Assembly: GCA_964035545.1 (NCBI GenBank) | Contig: OZ037766.1 | Coordinates: forward strand, 18,687,081-18,751,080 | Reading direction: 5' to 3' | Origin: Bugula neritina | Taxonomy: Eukaryota; Animalia; Bryozoa | Length of the DNA: 64,000 nt | The notes under the pieces: generated by a model | Told to the model about the DNA's origin: nothing | Database searches by the model: none | Seen by the model: only the letters and a program-made list of their open reading frames with translations | Translations under genes and position numbers: made by a program | Shown: positions 10,383 through 24,900 of the stretch, piece by piece | Layout: each line of letters starts with the position of its first letter | Numbering within the stretch: position 1 is the first letter of the stretch

Positions 10383-12954
10383 CACAGTTGGTTTAAGGTC
10401 ATTACTTTCCACATTCAGGCACTGCTTTATGTTATATATAAACGGTTTCCAGGGGATAGCTCGAACAGTTTTTGTCTCACATTAACAAATTTTACATGAA
10501 AAGATAGCTCTTGCATTCCTCTTTCATATACTTTTTTAATTTTTCGATAAAAACTTTTTTGAGAAAGTTGTTGCATAATAAGTAAAATTTTACACCCCCC
10601 ATGTTCCACTGCTGTAGCACAGGGGATTCATTTGATAAAGTCTAAAAGTTAAACTTGACATTCCTTGATATGTTTTCTCTAATATACTTTCTTTGTTTTT
10701 TGAAATTCTGTTTATGCTCTTCACAATTTGGTAAAAACATACACCATTTTGCAAGTTTCACTGCAATTTTCTAAATTCTTCATATGGTGGTTCTAGCTAC
10801 GCTCCTGTGACTAATTATAACATTCCTAGTACGTTTGCCGCTCTGCGCTATCACAATAACATATAGTACCCTCTCGCACAAATTGGCAGTCTATTGGATT
10901 TCTGCCAATATAATGTTCCCTGTTTTACATTAGCACTTAGCTGAATCATCTCACTATGTTACAATAATATATTGAAAATGCCTCAGCACAACATAATTCT
11001 TTGTTTGTTTGGCAGAGTTAATTTCAGCTAAATCACTTCACTTTGCAGTCTTGTCAGTAAAGGTCTGTCTATAGAGCAGCAGGTGTACTTTCAGTTTCTC
11101 TAATTCACATATGATTATTTTAAGTACATTGTATTCTATAAGATCAATTTAAGGTTTAGTCCAGTGTTCAGTATCTAATTATTATGCATGTATGTTGTCT
11201 TACTGTTGAACAAAAGTTAAAAAAAACTTTACAATTATAGCCATATTTATTATACATGCGTAGGATTTGCATAAGTTGACAAAAAAATTGCGACAAAACA
11301 GGGTTGAACCATAACCAACCAACTCCTCGCTGACGCCTCTAACCTCTAGACCACGCAGTCATCGTTAATAAGACCGCACTATATGAGTAACTATCATTAC
11401 ATAAATATTTCGCCGCAAAAGGGTTATAATTATTAGGCTGTCAATTCATGTTGATAGCAGTCAACTGTTGCAATAGTCTCGGGTTACTAGCAAAGCTAAT
11501 GGTTTTGAACAAATAACCCAAAAGTTTAAAAATAAGTAGCTTGCGTATTACTAGCTACAAAAACAGGTCTGAAATAGACTGGTAAAGCAAGCTCTTATTG
11601 TAGAGTTTGCAGATGTGCTCTAAAATAAAACTTAAACTGTATGGTATTACATAAGTATTTGTATGCGAGAGATAAATGGACATTACTGAGTTTCTGGAAA
11701 ACAACATACTTGAAGTTAACTTTGACAATGGTGTGTTATTTTCATCATACACTAGCACAGATAGGGCCTATAGCATAAATCTCTAATCATATGAATCTTT
11801 ATGAAGCCCACAGCTAATGTAAGGGTGGCAAATGTAATTTGAAACTAAAAATTATGTTGCTGCATTTTGTCTAAGGCATATTAGAGAGCAGAATTTGGTT
11901 TTACTAGCCTGCCCCAACGGCATTCTACAATGCAGCTTATATGCTGGCAGTTGTAATAAGTACTGCCAATAGCAAGGTTACTATCACTGCTAGCTCTGTG
12001 CAGTATGTAACCTCTTGAATAATTGCGCCAATTTTAAACTCTTGGAAGTTGGCCAAGTTATCATCTCGCAGCCAGCCACCGGAGACAAAGCATCAGAGCT
12101 ATTCATATAATATTATACTGATGCACTTGGTAGCAGAGTGGCTAATCTAATATAGTTCAAAGTTCAACACCCTTTACTTTGGGAATACAGCCTCTTTTTT
12201 TAGGTTTACCTTACAAAGCATGAAAATATCTAAACTGATATTCTGATAATTTAGAGGTACATTTTGAAAACTAGGTTAATTGCACTTGTTTGCACAACAA
12301 CAATAATAAATTAGATATTATGCAGGATAATAAAAACACACATAATACTATATAATATATTATAATGATAATAATATAATATTATAAGTACCATTACTGC
12401 ATTTTATAAATTACATGGTTGCCAAAAAAATGTATCACAAATTTTGTAATTATACATCAAAAATAGAACTAGCTAGGCAGCAGGTTAGAATAGAGTAAAT
12501 TTTTAAAACATGAAATCATGATTTGACTATTGTTTTATTTAGGCCAACCAACCTAGGAATACAAGATTGGGTTTTAGCTGACAGTTTATAACATTTAGCT
12601 TTTGAGCCAGCAGCACTGGCACTTGTGAAGTATAGGCAAAGTTAGTGAAGCGAGACTAACAAGCACTCAAATACAAGGCATATTGAGACACAATAACAAG
12701 TCAGGAGCGTATAAATTGAAAATAATGTGGAAGGGGGACTATGTTTTTCAACAAGCTATAACTTAAACATGAATTGGCTTTTGAAAAAAATAAAAAAGTA
12801 TATTGGAGAACATAAGTTTCTTTATCTTTTTATATTTTTTTTGTTCCTGTGACATTCAACCTGTTCGAGCTATCAGTGGAACATTGTTCATATAGAACAT
12901 AAAGCACCTGGCAAAGAGCCAGAAAATGAAAAGTATGACCTTAAACCAACTGTG
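10383..12954. mobile_element. Element A copy 2
   Basis: Same TIRs, TA TSD, length 2572 and flanks as copy 1; offset 6314. Confidence 0.9.
11281..11360 (-). ncRNA. tRNA-derived Pol III-like cassette (copy 2)
   Basis: Same sequence as 4967-5046. Confidence 0.5.
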
Positions 12955-15900
12955 TATCTCAGTAGTTTGCAACATATTTCAGTAGGTTACCATATATTTC
13001 GGTATGTTGCAGCATATTTCAAGGTGTTGCAGTGTATTTCAATATGTTACAGTGTATTTCAGTATGTTGCAGTATGTTCCATTATGCTGCAGTGTATTTC
13101 TGTATGTTACAGTGTATTTCAGTATGTTGCAGTACATTTCAGCATGTTACAGTATATTTCAGTATGTTGCAGTATCTTTCAGTGGGTTATAGCATATTTC
13201 AGTATGATACAGCGTATTTCAGTATGTTACAGTGTACTTCAGTATGTTGCAGTATTTTGCAATATATTTCAGTATGTTACAGTGTATTTCAGTATGTTGC
13301 AGTATATTTCAGTATGTTACAATAAATTTCAGTATGTTACAGTACATTTCCGTAAGTTACACTATACTTCAGGTAGTTGTAGTATATTTCAGTATCTTGC
13401 AGTATATCTCAGTATGTTACAGCATATTTCATTGTGTTGCAGTGTATTTCAATATGTTACAGTGTATTTCAGTATGTTGCAGTATGTTGCAGTATGCTGC
13501 AGTATGTTGCAGTGTATTTCTGTATTTTACAGTGTATTTCAGTATGTTGCAGTATATTTCAGCATGTTACAGTATATTTCAGTATGTTGCAGTATATTTC
13601 AGTGGGTTATAGTATATTTCAGTATGATACAGCGTATTTCGGTATGTGACAGTGTATGTCAGTATGTTGCAGTATTTTGCAATGCATTTCAGTATGTTAC
13701 AGTGTATTTTAGTATGTTGCAGTATATTTCAGTATTTTACAATAAATTTCAGTATATTACAGTACATTTCCGTAACTTACACTATACTTCAGTGAGTTGT
13801 AGTATATTTCAGTATCTTGCAGTATATCTCAGAATGTTACAGTATATTTCAGTATGTTACAGTATGTTTCAGTGTGTTACAGTATGTTGCAGTATATTTC
13901 AGTAGTTTGCAACATATTTCAGTAGGTTACCATATATTTCGGTATGTTGCAGCATATTTCAATGTGTTGCAGTGTATTTCAATATGTTACAGTGTATTTC
14001 AGTATGTTGCAGTATTTTGCAATATATATCAGTATGTTACACTGTATTTCAGTATGTTGCAGTATATTTCAGTATGTTACAATAAATTTCAGTATGTTAC
14101 AGTATATTTCCGTAAATTACACTATACTTCAGTGAGTTGTAGTATATTTCAGTATCTTGCAGTATATCTCAGTATGTTACAGTATATTTCAGAATGTTAC
14201 AGTATATTTCAGTTTGTTACAGTAAATTTCAGTATGTTACAGTGCATTTGCAGATATTACACTATACTTCAGTGAGTTTTAGTGTCTTTCATTATGTTGC
14301 AGTATATTTCAGTATGTTGCAGTATTTTGCAATACATTTTATTACGTTACAGTGTATTTCAGTATGTTGCAGTATATTTCAGTTTGATACAATAAATTTC
14401 AGTATGTTACAGTACATTTCCGTAAATTACACTATACTTCAGTGAGTTGTAGTATATTTCAGTATCTTGCAGTATATCTCAGTATGTTATAGTATATTTC
14501 AGTATGTTGCAGTATATTTCAGCGTGTTTGAATATATTTCAGTATGACACAGTGCATTTCCAGATATTACGCTATACTTCAGTGAGTTTTAGTGTCTTTC
14601 AGTATGTTGCAGTATATTTCGGTATTTTGCAACATATTTCAATATGTTGCAATGTATTTCAATATGTTACAGTGTATTACAGTATGTTGCAGTATGTTGC
14701 AATGTATTTCTGTATGTTACAGTGTATTTCAGTATGTTGCAGTACATTTCAGCATGTTACAGTATATTTCAGTATGTTGCAGTATATTTCAGTATGTTGC
14801 AGTATCTTTCAGTGGGTTATAGCATATTTCAGTATGATACAGCGTATTTCAGTATGTTACAGTGTACTTCAGTATGTTGCAGTATTTTGCAATATATTTC
14901 AGTATGTTACAGTGTATTTCAGTATGTTGCAGTATATTTCAGTATGTTACAATAAATTTCAGTATGTTACAGTACATTTCCGTAAGTTACACTATACTTC
15001 ACGTAGTTGTAGTATATTTCAGTATCTTGCAGTATATCTCAGTATGTTACAGCATATTTCATTGTGTTGCAGTGTATTTCAATATGTTACAGTGTATTTC
15101 AGTATGTTGCAGTATGTTGCAGTATGCTGCAGTATGTTGCAGTGTATTTCTGTATTTTACAGTGTATTTCAGTATGTTGCAGTATATTTCAGCATGTTAC
15201 AGTATATTTCAGTATGTTGCAGTATATTTCAGTGGGTTATAGTATATTTCAGTATGATACAGCGTATTTCGGTATGTGACAGTGTATGTCAGTATGTTGC
15301 AGTATTTTGCAATGCATTTCAGTATGTTACAGTGTATTTTAGTATGTTGCAGTATATTTCAGTATTTTACAATAAATTTCAGTATATTACAGTACATTTC
15401 CGTAACTTACACTATACTTCAGTGAGTTGTAGTATATTTCAGTATCTTGCAGTATATCTCAGAATGTTACAGTATATTTCAGTATGTTACAGTATGTTTC
15501 AGTGTGTTACAGTATGTTGCAGTATATTTCAGTAGTTTGCAACATATTTCAGTAGGTTACCATATATTTCGGTATGTTGCAGCATATTTCAATGTGTTGC
15601 AGTGTATTTCAATATGTTACAGTGTATTTCAGTATGTTGCAGTATGTTGCAGTATGATGCAGCATGTTGCAGTGTATTTCTGTATGTTACAGTGTAATTC
15701 AGAATGTTGCAGTATATTTCAGTTTGTTACAGTAAATTTCAGTATGTTACAGTGCATTTGCAGATATTACACTATACTTCAGTGAGTTTTAGTGTCTTTC
15801 ATTATGTTGCAGTATATTTCAGTATGTTGCAGTATTTTGCAATACATTTTATTACGTTACAGTGTATTTCAGTATGTTGCAGTATATTTCAGTTTGATAC

Positions 15901-16396
15901 AATAAATTTCAGTATGTTACAGTACATTTCCGTAAATTACACTATACTTCAGTGAGTTGTAGTATATTTCAGTATCTTGCAGTATATCTCAGTATGTTAT
16001 AGTATATTTCAGTATGTTGCAGTATATTTCAGCGTGTTTGAATATATTTCAGTATGACACAGTGCATTTCCAGATATTACGCTATACTTCAGTGAGTTTT
16101 AGTGTCTTTCAGTATGTTGCAGTATATTTCGGTATTTTGCAACATATTTCAATATGTTGCAATGTATTTCAATATGTTACAGTGTATTACAGTATGTTGC
16201 AGTATGTTGCAATGTATTTCAGTATGTTACAGTGTATTTCAGTAGGTTTCAGTATCTTGCAGTATATTTCAGCATGTTGCAGTATATTTCAGGATGTTGC
16301 AGTATATTTCAGTATGTTACAGTGTTTTGCAGTATTTTGCAGTATATTTCAGTGTGTTACAGTATATTTCATTATGTTGCAGTATGTTGCAGTATA
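12955..16396. repeat. 10-bp satellite, copy of 6641-10382 with a net 300-bp loss
   Basis: ORF 14504..15535 (343 aa) vs 8190..9521 (443 aa); jump at ~14710. Confidence 0.95.
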
Positions 16397-18968
16397 CACA
16401 GTTGGTTTAAGGTCATTACTTTCCACATTCAGGCACTGCTTTATGTTATATATAAACGGTTTCCAGGGGATAGCTCGAACAGTTTTTGTCTCACATTAAC
16501 AAATTTTACATGAAAAGATAGCTCTTGCATTCCTCTTTCATATACTTTTTTAATTTTTCGATAAAAACTTTTTTGAGAAAGTTGTTGCATAATAAGTAAA
16601 ATTTTACACCCCCCATGTTCCACTGCTGTAGCACAGGGGATTCATTTGATAAAGTCTAAAAGTTAAACTTGACATTCCTTGATATGTTTTCTCTAATATA
16701 CTTTCTTTGTTTTTTGAAATTCTGTTTATGCTCTTCACAATTTGGTAAAAACATACACCATTTTGCAAGTTTCACTGCAATTTTCTAAATTCTTCATATG
16801 GTGGTTCTAGCTACGCTCCTGTGACTAATTATAACATTCCTAGTACGTTTGCCGCTCTGCGCTATCACAATAACATATAGTACCCTCTCGCACAAATTGG
16901 CAGTCTATTGGATTTCTGCCAATATAATGTTCCCTGTTTTACATTAGCACTTAGCTGAATCATCTCACTATGTTACAATAATATATTGAAAATGCCTCAG
17001 CACAACATAATTCTTTGTTTGTTTGGCAGAGTTAATTTCAGCTAAATCACTTCACTTTGCAGTCTTGTCAGTAAAGGTCTGTCTATAGAGCAGCAGGTGT
17101 ACTTTCAGTTTCTCTAATTCACATATGATTATTTTAAGTACATTGTATTCTATAAGATCAATTTAAGGTTTAGTCCAGTGTTCAGTATCTAATTATTATG
17201 CATGTATGTTGTCTTACTGTTGAACAAAAGTTAAAAAAAACTTTACAATTATAGCCATATTTATTATACATGCGTAGGATTTGCATAAGTTGACAAAAAA
17301 ATTGCGACAAAACAGGGTTGAACCATAACCAACCAACTCCTCGCTGACGCCTCTAACCTCTAGACCACGCAGTCATCGTTAATAAGACCGCACTATATGA
17401 GTAACTATCATTACATAAATATTTCGCCGCAAAAGGGTTATAATTATTAGGCTGTCAATTCATGTTGATAGCAGTCAACTGTTGCAATAGTCTCGGGTTA
17501 CTAGCAAAGCTAATGGTTTTGAACAAATAACCCAAAAGTTTAAAAATAAGTAGCTTGCGTATTACTAGCTACAAAAACAGGTCTGAAATAGACTGGTAAA
17601 GCAAGCTCTTATTGTAGAGTTTGCAGATGTGCTCTAAAATAAAACTTAAACTGTATGGTATTACATAAGTATTTGTATGCGAGAGATAAATGGACATTAC
17701 TGAGTTTCTGGAAAACAACATACTTGAAGTTAACTTTGACAATGGTGTGTTATTTTCATCATACACTAGCACAGATAGGGCCTATAGCATAAATCTCTAA
17801 TCATATGAATCTTTATGAAGCCCACAGCTAATGTAAGGGTGGCAAATGTAATTTGAAACTAAAAATTATGTTGCTGCATTTTGTCTAAGGCATATTAGAG
17901 AGCAGAATTTGGTTTTACTAGCCTGCCCCAACGGCATTCTACAATGCAGCTTATATGCTGGCAGTTGTAATAAGTACTGCCAATAGCAAGGTTACTATCA
18001 CTGCTAGCTCTGTGCAGTATGTAACCTCTTGAATAATTGCGCCAATTTTAAACTCTTGGAAGTTGGCCAAGTTATCATCTCGCAGCCAGCCACCGGAGAC
18101 AAAGCATCAGAGCTATTCATATAATATTATACTGATGCACTTGGTAGCAGAGTGGCTAATCTAATATAGTTCAAAGTTCAACACCCTTTACTTTGGGAAT
18201 ACAGCCTCTTTTTTTAGGTTTACCTTACAAAGCATGAAAATATCTAAACTGATATTCTGATAATTTAGAGGTACATTTTGAAAACTAGGTTAATTGCACT
18301 TGTTTGCACAACAACAATAATAAATTAGATATTATGCAGGATAATAAAAACACACATAATACTATATAATATATTATAATGATAATAATATAATATTATA
18401 AGTACCATTACTGCATTTTATAAATTACATGGTTGCCAAAAAAATGTATCACAAATTTTGTAATTATACATCAAAAATAGAACTAGCTAGGCAGCAGGTT
18501 AGAATAGAGTAAATTTTTAAAACATGAAATCATGATTTGACTATTGTTTTATTTAGGCCAACCAACCTAGGAATACAAGATTGGGTTTTAGCTGACAGTT
18601 TATAACATTTAGCTTTTGAGCCAGCAGCACTGGCACTTGTGAAGTATAGGCAAAGTTAGTGAAGCGAGACTAACAAGCACTCAAATACAAGGCATATTGA
18701 GACACAATAACAAGTCAGGAGCGTATAAATTGAAAATAATGTGGAAGGGGGACTATGTTTTTCAACAAGCTATAACTTAAACATGAATTGGCTTTTGAAA
18801 AAAATAAAAAAGTATATTGGAGAACATAAGTTTCTTTATCTTTTTATATTTTTTTTGTTCCTGTGACATTCAACCTGTTCGAGCTATCAGTGGAACATTG
18901 TTCATATAGAACATAAAGCACCTGGCAAAGAGCCAGAAAATGAAAAGTATGACCTTAAACCAACTGTG
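16397..18968. mobile_element. Element A copy 3
   Basis: Same TIRs, TA TSD, length 2572 and flanks; offset 6014 from copy 2. Confidence 0.9.
17295..17374 (-). ncRNA. tRNA-derived Pol III-like cassette (copy 3)
   Basis: Same sequence as 4967-5046. Confidence 0.5.
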
Positions 18969-21900
18969 TATCTCAGTAGTTTGCAACATATTTCAGTAGG
19001 TTACCATATATTTCGGTATGTTGCAGCATATTTCAAGGTGTTGCAGTGTATTTCAATATGTTACAGTGTATTTCAGTATGTTGCAGTATGTTCCATTATG
19101 CTGCAGTGTATTTCTGTATGTTACAGTGTATTTCAGTATGTTGCAGTACATTTCAGCATGTTACAGTATATTTCAGTATGTTGCAGTATCTTTCAGTGGG
19201 TTATAGCATATTTCAGTATGATACAGCGTATTTCAGTATGTTACAGTGTACTTCAGTATGTTGCAGTATTTTGCAATATATTTCAGTATGTTACAGTGTA
19301 TTTCAGTATGTTGCAGTATATTTCAGTATGTTACAATAAATTTCAGTATGTTACAGTACATTTCCGTAAGTTACACTATACTTCAGGTAGTTGTAGTATA
19401 TTTCAGTATCTTGCAGTATATCTCAGTATGTTACAGCATATTTCATTGTGTTGCAGTGTATTTCAATATGTTACAGTGTATTTCAGTATGTTGCAGTATG
19501 TTGCAGTATGCTGCAGTATGTTGCAGTGTATTTCTGTATTTTACAGTGTATTTCAGTATGTTGCAGTATATTTCAGCATGTTACAGTATATTTCAGTATG
19601 TTGCAGTATATTTCAGTGGGTTATAGTATATTTCAGTATGATACAGCGTATTTCGGTATGTGACAGTGTATGTCAGTATGTTGCAGTATTTTGCAATGCA
19701 TTTCAGTATGTTACAGTGTATTTTAGTATGTTGCAGTATATTTCAGTATTTTACAATAAATTTCAGTATATTACAGTACATTTCCGTAACTTACACTATA
19801 CTTAAGTGAGTTGTAGTATATTTCAGTATCTTGCAGTATATCTCAGAATGTTACAGTATATTTCAGTATGTTACAGTATGTTTCAGTGTGTTACAGTATG
19901 TTGCAGTATATTTCAGTAGTTTGCAACATATTTCAGTAGGTTACCATATATTTCGGTATGTTGCAGCATATTTCAATGTGTTGCAGTGTATTTCAATATG
20001 TTACAGTGTATTTCAGTATGTTGCAGTATGTTGCAGTATGATGCAGCATGTTGCAGTGTATTTCTGTATGTTACAGTGTAATTCAGAATGTTGCAGTATA
20101 TTTCAGTTTGTTACAGTAAATTTCAGTATGTTACAGTGCATTTGCAGATATTACACTATACTTCAGTGAGTTTTAGTGTCTTTCATTATGTTGCAGTATA
20201 TTTCAGTATGTTGCAGTATTTTGCAATACATTTTATTACGTTACAGTGTATTTCAGTATGTTGCAGTATATTTCAGTTTGATACAATAAATTTCAGTATG
20301 TTACAGTACATTTCCGTAAATTACACTATACTTCAGTGAGTTGTAGTATATTTCAGTATCTTGCAGTATATCTCAGTATGTTATAGTATATTTCAGTATG
20401 TTGCAGTATATTTCAGCGTGTTTGAATATATTTCAGTATGACACAGTGCATTTCCAGATATTACGCTATACTTCAGTGAGTTTTAGTGTCTTTCAGTATG
20501 TTGCAGTATATTTCGGTATTTTGCAACATATTTCAATATGTTGCAATGTATTTCAATATGTTACAGTGTATTACAGTATGTTGCAGTATGTTGCAATGTA
20601 TTTCAGTATGTTACAGTGTATTTCAGTAGGTTTCAGTATCTTGCAGTATATTTCAGCATGTTGCAGTATATTTCAGGATGTTGCAGTATATTTCAGTATG
20701 TTACAGTGTTTTGCAGTATTTTGCAGTATATTTCAGTGTGTTACAGTATATTTCATTATGTTGCAGTATGTTGCAATATATTTCAGTAGTTTGCAACATA
20801 TTTCAGTAGGTTACCATATATTTCGGTATGTTGCAGCATATTTCAAGGTGTTGCAGTGTATTTCAATATGTTACAGTGTATTTCAGTATGTTGCAGTATG
20901 TTCCATTATGCTGCAGTGTATTTCTGTATGTTACAGTGTATTTCAGTATGTTGCAGTACATTTCAGCATGTTACAGTATATTTCAGTATGTTGCAGTATC
21001 TTTCAGTGGGTTATAGCATATTTCAGTATGATACAGCGTATTTCAGTATGTTACAGTGTACTTCAGTATGTTGCAGTATTTTGCAATATATTTCAGTATG
21101 TTACAGTGTATTTCAGTATGTTGCAGTATATTTCAGTATGTTACAATAAATTTCAGTATGTTACAGTACATTTCCGTAAGTTACACTATACTTCAGGTAG
21201 TTGTAGTATATTTCAGTATCTTGCAGTATATCTCAGTATGTTACAGCATATTTCATTGTGTTGCAGTGTATTTCAATATGTTACAGTGTATTTCAGTATG
21301 TTGCAGTATGTTGCAGTATGCTGCAGTATGTTGCAGTGTATTTCTGTATTTTACAGTGTATTTCAGTATGTTGCAGTATATTTCAGCATGTTACAGTATA
21401 TTTCAGTATGTTGCAGTATATTTCAGTGGGTTATAGTATATTTCAGTATGATACAGCGTATTTCGGTATGTGACAGTGTATGTCAGTATGTTGCAGTATT
21501 TTGCAATGCATTTCAGTATGTTACAGTGTATTTTAGTATGTTGCAGTATATTTCAGTATTTTACAATAAATTTCAGTATATTACAGTACATTTCCGTAAC
21601 TTACACTATACTTCAGTGAGTTGTAGTATATTTCAGTATCTTGCAGTATATCTCAGTATGTTACAGTATATTTCAGTATGTTACAGTATGTTTCAGTGTG
21701 TTACAGTATGTTGCAGTATATTTCAGTAGTTTGCAACATATTTCAGTAGGTTACCATATATTTCGGTATGTTGCAGCATATTTCAATGTGTTGCAGTGTA
21801 TTTCAATATGTTACAGTGTATTTCAGTATGTTGCAGTATGTTGCAGTATGATGCAGCATGTTGCAGTGTATTTCTGTATGTTACAGTGTAATTCAGAATG

Positions 21901-24900
21901 TTGCAGTATATTTCAGTATGTTACAGTATGTTTCAGTATGTTGCAGTATATTTCAGTGGGTTATGGTATATTTCAGTATGATACAGCGTATTTCAGTATG
22001 TTACAGTGTATTTCAGTATGTTGCAGTATTTTGCAATATATTTCAGTATGTTACAGCGTATTTCAGTATGTTGCAGTATATTTCAGTATGTTACAATAAA
22101 TTTCAGTATGTTACAGTACATTGCCGTAAATTACACTATACTTCAGTGAGTTGTAGTATATTTCAGTATCTTGCAGTATATCTCAGTATGTTACTGTATA
22201 TTTCAGTATGTTACAGTATATTTCAGTCTGTTACAGTAAATTTCAGTATGTTACAGTGCATTTGCAGATATTACACTATACTTTAGTGAGTTTTAGTGTC
22301 TTTCAGTATGTTGCAGTATATTTCAGTATGTTGCAGTATTTTGCAATATATATCAGTATGTTACAGTGTATTTCAGTATGTTGCAGTATATTTCAGTATG
22401 CTACAATAAATTTCAGTATGTTACAGTATATTTCCATAAATTACTCTATACTTCAGTGAGTTGTAGTATATTTCAGTATCTCGCAGTATACCTCAGTATG
22501 TTACAGTATATTTCAGTATGTTACAGTATATTTCAGTTTGTTACAGTAAATTTCAGTATGTTACAGTGCATTTGCAGATATTACACTATACTTCAGTGAG
22601 TTTTAGTGTCTTTCATTATGTTGCAGTATATTTCAGTATGTTGCAGTACTTTGCAATACATTTTATTATGTTACAGTGTATTTCGGTATGTTGCAGCATA
22701 TTTCAATGTGTTGCAGTGTATTTCAATATTTTACAGTGTACTTCAGTATGTTGCAGTATGTTGCAATGTATTTCAGTATGTTACAGTGTATTTCAGTATC
22801 TTACAGTACATTTCCGTAAATTACTCTATACTTCAGTGAGTTGTAGTATATTTCAGTATCTTGCAGTATATCTCAGTATGTTACAGTATATTTCAGTATG
22901 TTACAGTATATTTCAGTTTGTTACAGTAAATTTCAGTATGTTACAGTGCATTTGCAGATATTACACTATACTTCAGTGAGTTTTAGTGTCTTTCAGTATG
23001 TTGCAGTATATTTCGGTATCTTGCAACTCATTTCAATGTGTTGCAATGTAATTCAATATGTTACAGTGTATTTCAGTATGTTACAGTGTATTTCAGTATG
23101 TTGCAGTATTTTGCAATATATATCAGTATGTTACAGTGTATTTCAGTATGTTGCAGTATATTTCAGTATGTTACAATAAATTTCAGTATGTTACAGTATA
23201 TTTCCGTAAATTACACTATACTTCAGTGAGTTGTAGTATATTTCAGTATCTTGCAGTATATCTCAGTATGTTACAGTATATTTCAGTATGTTACAGTATA
23301 TTTCAGTTTGTTACAGTAAATTTCAGTATGTTACAGTGTTTTGCAGTAGTTTGCAGTATATTTCAGTGTGTTACAGTATATTTCATTATGTTGCAGTATG
23401 TTGCAGTATATTTCAGTAGTTTGCAACATATTTCAGTAGGTTACCATATATTTCGGTATGTTGCAGCATATTTCAAGGTGTTGCAGTGTATTTCAATATG
23501 TTACAGTGTATTTCAGTATGTTGCAGTATGTTCCATTATGCTGTAGTGTATTTCTGTATGTTACAGTGTATTTCAGTATGTTGCAGTACATTTCAGTATG
23601 TTACAGTATGTTTCAGTATGTTGCAGTATATTTCAGTGGGTTATAGCATATTTCAGTATGATACAGCGTATTTCAGTATGTTACAGTGTACTTCAGTATG
23701 TTGCAGTATTTTGCAATATATTTCAGTATGTTACAGTGTATTTCAGTATGTTACAGTACATTTCCGTAAGTTACACTATACTTCAGGTAGTTGTAGTATA
23801 TTTCAGTATCTTGCAGTATATCTCAGAATGTTACAGCATATTTCATTGTGTTGCAGTGTATTTCAATATGTTACAGTGTATTTCAGTATGTTGCAGTATG
23901 TTGCAGTATGTTGCAGTATGCTGCAGTATGTTGCAGTGTATTTCTGTATTTTACAGTGTATTTCAGTATGTTGCAGTATGTTTCAGCATGTTACAGTATA
24001 TTTCAGTATGTTGCAGTATATTTCAGTGGGTTATAGTATATTTCAGTATGATACAGCGTATTTCGGTATGTTACAGTGTATGTCAGTATGTTGCAGTATT
24101 TTGCAATGCATTTCAGTATGTTACAGTGTATTTCAGTATGTTGCAGTATATTTCAGTATTTTACAATAAATTTCAGTATATTACAGTAGATTTCCGTAAA
24201 TTACACTATACTTCAGTGAGTTGTAGTATATTTCAGTATCATGCAGTATATCTCAGTATGTTACAGTATATTTCAGTATGTTACAGTATGTTTCAGTGTG
24301 TTACAGTATATTGCAGTATATTTCAGTAGTTTGCAACATATTTCAGTAGGTTACCATATATTTCGCTATGTTGCAGCATATTTCAATGTGTTGGAGTGTA
24401 TTTCAATATGTTACAGTGTATTTCAGTATGTTGCAGTATGTTGCAGTATGATGCAGCATGTTGCAGTGTATTTCTGTATGTTACAGTGTAATTCAGAATG
24501 TTGCAGTATATTTCAGTATGTTACAGTATGTTTCAGTATGTTGCAGTATATTTCAGTGGGTTATAGTATATTTCAGTATGATACAGCGTATTTCAGTAAG
24601 TTACAGTGTATTTCAGTATGTTGCAGTATATTTCAGTATGTTACAATAAATTTCAGTGTGTTACAGTATATTTCCGTAAATTACTCTATACTTCAGTGAG
24701 TTGTAGTATATTTCAGTATCTTGCAGTATACCTCAGTATGTTACAGTATATTTCAGTATGTTACAGTATATTTCAGTTTGTTACTGTCAATTTCAGTATG
24801 TTACAGTGCATTTGCAGATATTACACTATACTTCAGTGAGTTTTAGTGTCTTTCATTATGTTGCAGTATATTTCAGTATGTTGCAGTATTTTGCAATACA

